From Callorhinchus milii (taxonomy: Eukaryota), in assembly GCF_018977255.1 (NCBI RefSeq), contig NW_024704743.1, positions 27,406,001 through 27,470,000 of the forward strand: a stretch of 64,000 nt of DNA. The letters run 5' to 3'. This document shows, one piece after another, positions 63,791-64,000 of the stretch; position 1 is the stretch's first letter; every line of letters starts with the position of its first letter. Position numbers and translations under genes: made by a program. The notes below the pieces were generated by a model. The model was not told the origin of the DNA, did no database searches, and saw only the letters and a list, made by a program, of their open reading frames with translations.

Positions 63791-64000
63791 TTGTAAATTA
63801 CAATAGAAATAAAAGAGTGCTTATTATTTGATCTGCAATTTTCTTTAGATCAACAGATTGAAGATCTCCAATTTATATTTAGAAACACAGAAAGCATCAG
63901 TGCAGAAGGAGGCCATTCGGCCCATCAAGCCCACATTGGCTCAGAAGCTTCCAATTAGTATTTGAGTTGTATGAGATGTGATTCGGAATACCTCCAATTT

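Noticed and set aside
1..64000. CRISPR arrays, operons, rRNA or prokaryotic systems
   Set aside because: No regularly spaced repeats, long ORFs or rRNA motifs; the sequence is vertebrate-type non-coding DNA.

Overview
Eukaryotic, AT-rich, transposon-dense non-coding DNA (intron or gene desert). The repeat content suggests a cartilaginous fish (shark or chimaera); this is an inference. I recognise no intact host protein-coding gene. The ORFs that resemble known proteins are decayed LINE ORF2 pieces: L2-clade copies with APE-endonuclease and RT motifs, the longest about 2.5 kb at 12458-14985 (-), plus CR1-clade fragments. Two tRNA-derived SINE families share a DeuSINE/AmnSINE1-type 3' tail. Family A has head GGAGTCCTGTAGCTCAGTGG, a CORE-like segment and a young, internally deleted subfamily. 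Family B has a SacSINE1/Deu-like body. There are also two small Penelope-type inserts with target-site duplications (TSDs), fold-back/MITE-like remnants, an unclassified dispersed repeat with codon-like divergence, a strong CTCF-like site and several candidate minus-strand exons of unknown function. The most interesting signals concern SINE-LINE partnership: a conserved ACGTC-N5-GACGT stem-loop, an apparent tail swap in progress, and a perfect palindrome at that hairpin. I found no convincing wholly new biological system. Family names come from remembered consensus motifs, not database searches, and repeat boundaries are approximate.
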